IMG/VR virus record: IMGVR_UViG_3300008267_006666
Coordinates: 1 to 54,108 of that record
Length of the DNA: 54,108 nucleotides
Origin: a virus
Taxonomy: Duplodnaviria > Caudoviricetes
Reading direction: 5' to 3' (one strand)
Shown: positions 50,090 through 54,108 of the stretch, one piece after another
Position numbering within the stretch: position 1 is the first letter of the stretch
Layout of the letters: the number at the start of each line of letters is the position of its first letter
The notes under the pieces: model-generated
Databases searched by the model: none
What the model was told of the DNA's origin: nothing
What the model saw: only the letters and a program-made list of their open reading frames with translations
Translations under genes and position numbers: made by a program

Positions 50090-51343
50090 ATGAGTAAAAT
50101 TTTTATACAAATTGCAAGTTTTTCTGACCCCGAATTAATACCAACAATTAAAGATTGTATTAATAATGCGAAGTATCCTGAAAATTTAGTTTTTAGTATT
50201 TGTAGACAATATCACCCTGATTACACGTTTGATGATTTATCCGAATATGAAAAAGATGAACGATTTAAGGTTATTAATGTTTTATATACTGAAACGTTAG
50301 GAGCTTGTTGGGCAAGACACCAACTACAAAAACAATATGATGGTGAAGAATATACTTTACAGATTGATAGTCATATGAGATTTGTAAAAGATTGGGATGA
50401 AATCTCAATTAATATGATTAAAGATTTACAATTAAAGGGTTATAAAAAACCATTACTTACTGGATATGTATCTTCTTATGACCCTGATAATGACCCCAAT
50501 GGTAGAATTAACGTTCCTTGGGGAATGGTTTTTGATAGATTTATTCCTGAAGGTGCGGTATTTTTCTTGCCCGAATCAATACCAAATCATACAGAATTAA
50601 AAGAACCGATACCATCAAGATTTTATTCTGCACATTTTTGTTTTACTTTAGGTTCATTTGTTAAAGAGGTCCCTCACGATGAAAATTATTATTTCCACGG
50701 AGAAGAAATATCAATAGCGGCAAGATCTTATACTCACGGATACGATTTGTTTCATCCTCATATTATTATATGTTGGCACGAATATACAAGAAAAAATAGA
50801 AAAAAGGTTTGGGATTATGATAGTAATTGGTATATTAAAAACGATAATTCACATTTAAGAAATAGAAAATTATTCTCTATGGACGGTGAAGTTTATAACC
50901 CTGAAGAATTTGGTGTCTATGGATTTGGTAAAGAAAGAACTTTAAAAGATTATGAAATATATTCAGGAATATTATTTTCAAAAAGATCCGTCCAACAATA
51001 TACTTTAGATAAAAAATACCCTCCAAACCCATACGAATTTAAATCTGAAGAAGAATGGATTAATAGTTTTTCATATATATTCAAACATTGTATTAATATT
51101 TACCATAATCAAGTTACCGAATCTGATTATGATTTTTGGGCGGTAACTTTTAATGATGAGAATGGGAAAGAAATTTATAGAAGAGATGCGGATAAAAATG
51201 AGATTAATCGATTATTATTAGATAAAGATAAGTATTGTAAAATATGGAGAGAATTTAACACCACCACAAAACCAAAATATTGGGTTGTATGGACTCATTC
51301 AATATCTAAAGGTTGGTGTGAAAGAATTACAGGTAATTTATAA
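50090..51343 (+). CDS. GT60-like (Skp1 hydroxyproline GlcNAc-transferase/Gnt1 family) peptide O-glycosyltransferase
   Basis: IF.QIAS..D.EL..T, G.CWAR, LQIDSHMRF...WD, VPHD, F.GEE, R.YTHG.D.F.P. Confidence 0.8.
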   Translation: MSKIFIQIASFSDPELIPTIKDCINNAKYPENLVFSICRQYHPDYTFDDLSEYEKDERFKVINVLYTETLGACWARHQLQKQYDGEEYTLQIDSHMRFVKDWDEISINMIKDLQLKGYKKPLLTGYVSSYDPDNDPNGRINVPWGMVFDRFIPEGAVFFLPESIPNHTELKEPIPSRFYSAHFCFTLGSFVKEVPHDENYYFHGEEISIAARSYTHGYDLFHPHIIICWHEYTRKNRKKVWDYDSNWYIKNDNSHLRNRKLFSMDGEVYNPEEFGVYGFGKERTLKDYEIYSGILFSKRSVQQYTLDKKYPPNPYEFKSEEEWINSFSYIFKHCINIYHNQVTESDYDFWAVTFNDENGKEIYRRDADKNEINRLLLDKDKYCKIWREFNTTTKPKYWVVWTHSISKGWCERITGNL

Positions 51344-51382
51344 AAAAACAATTTTTTAAAGTATTTATGATAAAAAACTTTA

Positions 51383-52591
51383 ATGAATTTTTTTATCAAG
51401 AAAAACGCCACTTTACCTTTATTAAAACTTGAGGTAGTTAAGGACGGTAGAAATGAGTTCAATAACTTTATGAATTTAATTGAACAATCGGCCATTTTCT
51501 TTTCAATGGAGGATGTTGAAACGGGAATCTCAAAAATAAGTTCAAGGCCAGCTGGGTTTGTTGAGAAGGTTTTAATTAACCCTGACGCCGAACCTGAATA
51601 CTATATATATTATCAATTCACATCTAAAGATACTAATAAGATTGGGAGATATGAGGGTCAATTTATGTTAAGAAGTGATGATGGAGTTTTAATATTACCA
51701 ATCAGAGAAAAACTTTTTATAAATGTTCAAGAATCGTTTATTGCGGATGATTTACCTTATGAGACTTGTTATACCTCAGAATTTCCTTGTTGTATAAGTC
51801 CTTCACCAACACCAACAATTTTACCGACCACAACTACAACTACAATTCCTCCAACAGGTGTTACGGTTAGTATTTTAACCGAAGTTATGTCTGGATCAGT
51901 AATATTTAATTTTAGTATTATTTTATCAAAATTATTAGATACAGACTATACAATAACTTTAACAAAACAATTTAACGTTGTTAGTGGGGATCCAATAAAT
52001 GTTTCTGCAAGTGTTACAATACCCCTTAATTCAATTTCAGGTTCAACATCTGTAATAATTGATGATGATATAGATAGGATTGCTAGTGGTACTACCACAA
52101 CTTCTATTGATCATAACCCAAATAATGGTATTAGTTATAGCGAGGTGGAGGACATTAAATATGTTAATTTCACTCCTAAACCGACCCCAACGCCAACACC
52201 TACGATAACCCCAACACCAACTCCCACCCCAACTCCAACACCTACTCCTACACCTCCTCAAGAAACTTTTGTTAAGTTTGGTAAATCAACAAAACAAAGA
52301 ATTTATGATACTGATATAACAAATTTCACTAAGAAAAATGTTAATGATGTACAAAATCAATATTTAGAATATCCAAGTCAACAAGGATATTGTTATTTAT
52401 TGGTTCCAAGTTATATGAACCAACCAAGTGTGTTTAGAGATAGTGCGGATGGATGTGATGGTTTTGTTATTCCTTTTTTAAAGGTTGAAGATATTGAATT
52501 TATTGACTCAAATGGAAATTTGAGTATATATTATGTGTATAGGTCATTTGTCTCGACATCATCTAAGGTTGATGTTTGGGTATGTGACTAA
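51383..52591 (+). CDS. Baseplate-upper-like (BppU-type N-terminus) protein with Pro/Thr linkers
   Basis: F.IKK..TLP.L…Y.F...DT...G.YEG.F; PSPTPT…TTTTTT and (PT)n tracts. Confidence 0.6.
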   Translation: MNFFIKKNATLPLLKLEVVKDGRNEFNNFMNLIEQSAIFFSMEDVETGISKISSRPAGFVEKVLINPDAEPEYYIYYQFTSKDTNKIGRYEGQFMLRSDDGVLILPIREKLFINVQESFIADDLPYETCYTSEFPCCISPSPTPTILPTTTTTTIPPTGVTVSILTEVMSGSVIFNFSIILSKLLDTDYTITLTKQFNVVSGDPINVSASVTIPLNSISGSTSVIIDDDIDRIASGTTTTSIDHNPNNGISYSEVEDIKYVNFTPKPTPTPTPTITPTPTPTPTPTPTPTPPQETFVKFGKSTKQRIYDTDITNFTKKNVNDVQNQYLEYPSQQGYCYLLVPSYMNQPSVFRDSADGCDGFVIPFLKVEDIEFIDSNGNLSIYYVYRSFVSTSSKVDVWVCD

Positions 52592-52612
52592 TATTATTTA
52601 AAATTTATATGA

Positions 52613-53098
52613 ATGTCGGATTTTAGTCTTGTAGGTGGCATAGGTGTAATGGGTTTTATTAGTCCAAAAAACATTAATGATACTTACGCTGTTATAGACC
52701 CATTATATGGGATTGACGGTCTTAGGAATGTTAGTTCTTTAGACGAGTTAAATTCTATTACGCACGAGAGACGAAGAGCCGGGATGATTGTCGGTGTTAA
52801 TGAAGGTGAGGTTTATTACAAATTAAAATCAACTCCTTGGGTATTTGACATTAGTGATTGGATTGAGATTGATTTCACAAAACAAATTAGTGTGGATAAA
52901 GAAGTCCCTCAAGGAATTATTGATGGCGTTAATACAAATTTTACGGTTAATTATTTACCCATAACAAATAGTGAACACGTTTTTTTAAATGGTCTTTTAC
53001 AAGATAATGATGATTATTTTATGTCAGGAAACACAATATCTTTTTTAGAACCACCTTACCCAAATTCCAAAATAAAATGTTCTTATAGAACGGTGTAA
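52613..53098 (+). CDS. Putative tail-associated protein
   Basis: RRRAGMIV domain (as in 45180) plus E.P.G.IDG.NT.FT…VFLNG..Q…DY..SG..I.F module. Confidence 0.65.
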   Translation: MSDFSLVGGIGVMGFISPKNINDTYAVIDPLYGIDGLRNVSSLDELNSITHERRRAGMIVGVNEGEVYYKLKSTPWVFDISDWIEIDFTKQISVDKEVPQGIIDGVNTNFTVNYLPITNSEHVFLNGLLQDNDDYFMSGNTISFLEPPYPNSKIKCSYRTV

Positions 53099-53170
53099 AA
53101 AAAAATAATAATTTTCAAAATATTTTAACAATTTGATATATTTATTGTTAAATATTTATATTAATCTCTA

Positions 53171-53407
53171 ATGAGTATGGATAACCAATATGTGACATCA
53201 GATTTATATTTAACGGCCTATCTCAAAATTAAGGGATTTAACTTTAAAGTCGAACAAAAGAAATCAAAATCTGAGTTCGTGTTTGAATCGAGTCCAGAAC
53301 TATTATCAAATGTGGATGAGTATTTGTCGGAAATGGGTAACTGCAAGCCTTTGGTGTACACAAACGCCATAAAAAACCTTAAAAATTATATATACAATAA
53401 AAAATAA
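53171..53407 (+). CDS. Small DUF5659-like protein
   Basis: TSDLYL.AYL...GF…F.F pattern. Confidence 0.55.
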   Translation: MSMDNQYVTSDLYLTAYLKIKGFNFKVEQKKSKSEFVFESSPELLSNVDEYLSEMGNCKPLVYTNAIKNLKNYIYNKK

Positions 53408-53527
53408 TTCTTTTTGATTTATTTTTTATAAAAGTTAATATGGTGTTAATTTCATCATTATTAATCGTTAATTAATTTTTTGGTAAAAAAATAAAGACAA
53501 ATAAATTAATAAAAAAAAACAAAAATT

Positions 53528-54108
53528 ATGTCACAAACAAAAATTATCTTGGACAGGCAGTCCGACCTGATATTATCGTCTCCTTCGATTACCTCACCTG
53601 TTGGTATCGTAGCGGCTGACTTACAGGACGTAACCTTAAATCAAGATGTTCAAACAACCTTGGATGGTTTGGGAACAAATTTATCAACTGAAGTTGAGAG
53701 AGCCGGTTCGATTGAATCTGTAATTTCCGCTGATTTATCTTCTGAGGTGGTAAGAGCAACAAGCGTTGAGGCGTCGGTTGTCTCTGATATCGAAGCAATG
53801 CCTGATGTTGATGGTACAACTATCGAAATTGATGGTAATAACCTGATTAAATTGATGGACACCGTTGCGGCTCCAACAAGTGGTACAAGAACATTTGAAG
53901 GTGTAGTTGCTTTGAGTTCGGCACCTGTATCATTTAATGAATTAGATTTAATTACTAAAGGTCATTTAAGTACTGAATTATCAACTGAAGAATCTCGTGC
54001 AATTGCTGCAGAATCTTCATTAGCGAATGATATTCAAAACATCATTTCTAACGTTGACCCAGCAGCTTTAGATTCATTAACTGAAATCGTTGACGCTTTT
54101 CAATCTGC
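53528..54108 (+). CDS. Partial coiled-coil fibre protein running off the window
   Basis: Open frame from ATG 53528 (MSQTKIILDRQSDL…) with STE..RA..E repeats and DPAALDSLTEIV; not in the track because it lacks a stop. Confidence 0.75.
   Translation, partial: MSQTKIILDRQSDLILSSPSITSPVGIVAADLQDVTLNQDVQTTLDGLGTNLSTEVERAGSIESVISADLSSEVVRATSVEASVVSDIEAMPDVDGTTIEIDGNNLIKLMDTVAAPTSGTRTFEGVVALSSAPVSFNELDLITKGHLSTELSTEESRAIAAESSLANDIQNIISNVDPAALDSLTEIVDAFQS

Noticed and set aside
1-54108. Stop-codon reassignment as in some jumbo phages
   Set aside because: Conserved genes are full length under code 11, and TAA, TGA and TAG all end genes
1-54108. CRISPR array, tRNA or rRNA genes
   Set aside because: No repeat-spacer pattern or cloverleaf found by eye; all tandem repeats are in-frame coding

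Overview
Window from a very AT-rich, large T4-superfamily-like (jumbo-type) phage genome using the standard genetic code. The host is probably Bacteroidota: there are two exact TTTG-N19/20-TAnnTTTG promoters and a DUF4494-like gene. Left (1-11.4 kb): acidic scaffold, gp23-type major capsid protein, a nuclease/Mom-like GNAT fusion, small proteins sharing an N-terminal leader ending in Glu, and an unannotated ~190-nt promoter-to-terminator unit that looks like a structured ncRNA. 11.4-21.8 kb (minus strand): two Cys-rich/LRR proteins sharing a near-identical 165-bp 3' module, baseplate/spike genes and a gp55-like late sigma factor. 21.8-38.5 kb: a ~17-kb glycan island with about 11 glycosyltransferases (including GT15-, GT47-, GT31- and GT8-like), methyltransferases, a BKACE-acyltransferase-aminotransferase trio, phoH, dut and an exonuclease. 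41-54 kb (plus strand): fibre/tail genes rich in PT/T tracts and [ST]GxT motifs, a papain-domain fusion and a GT60-like peptide O-glycosyltransferase. About 19 copies of RTATTTAT lie upstream of starts and are the likely late promoter. Best novel-system candidates: phage-encoded mucin-like virion O-glycosylation, a constant-anchor/variable-payload display cassette, leader-tagged cargo proteins (nuclease, WYL, toxin-like) and the ncRNA. All family calls are by-eye motif recognition; no database search was run.
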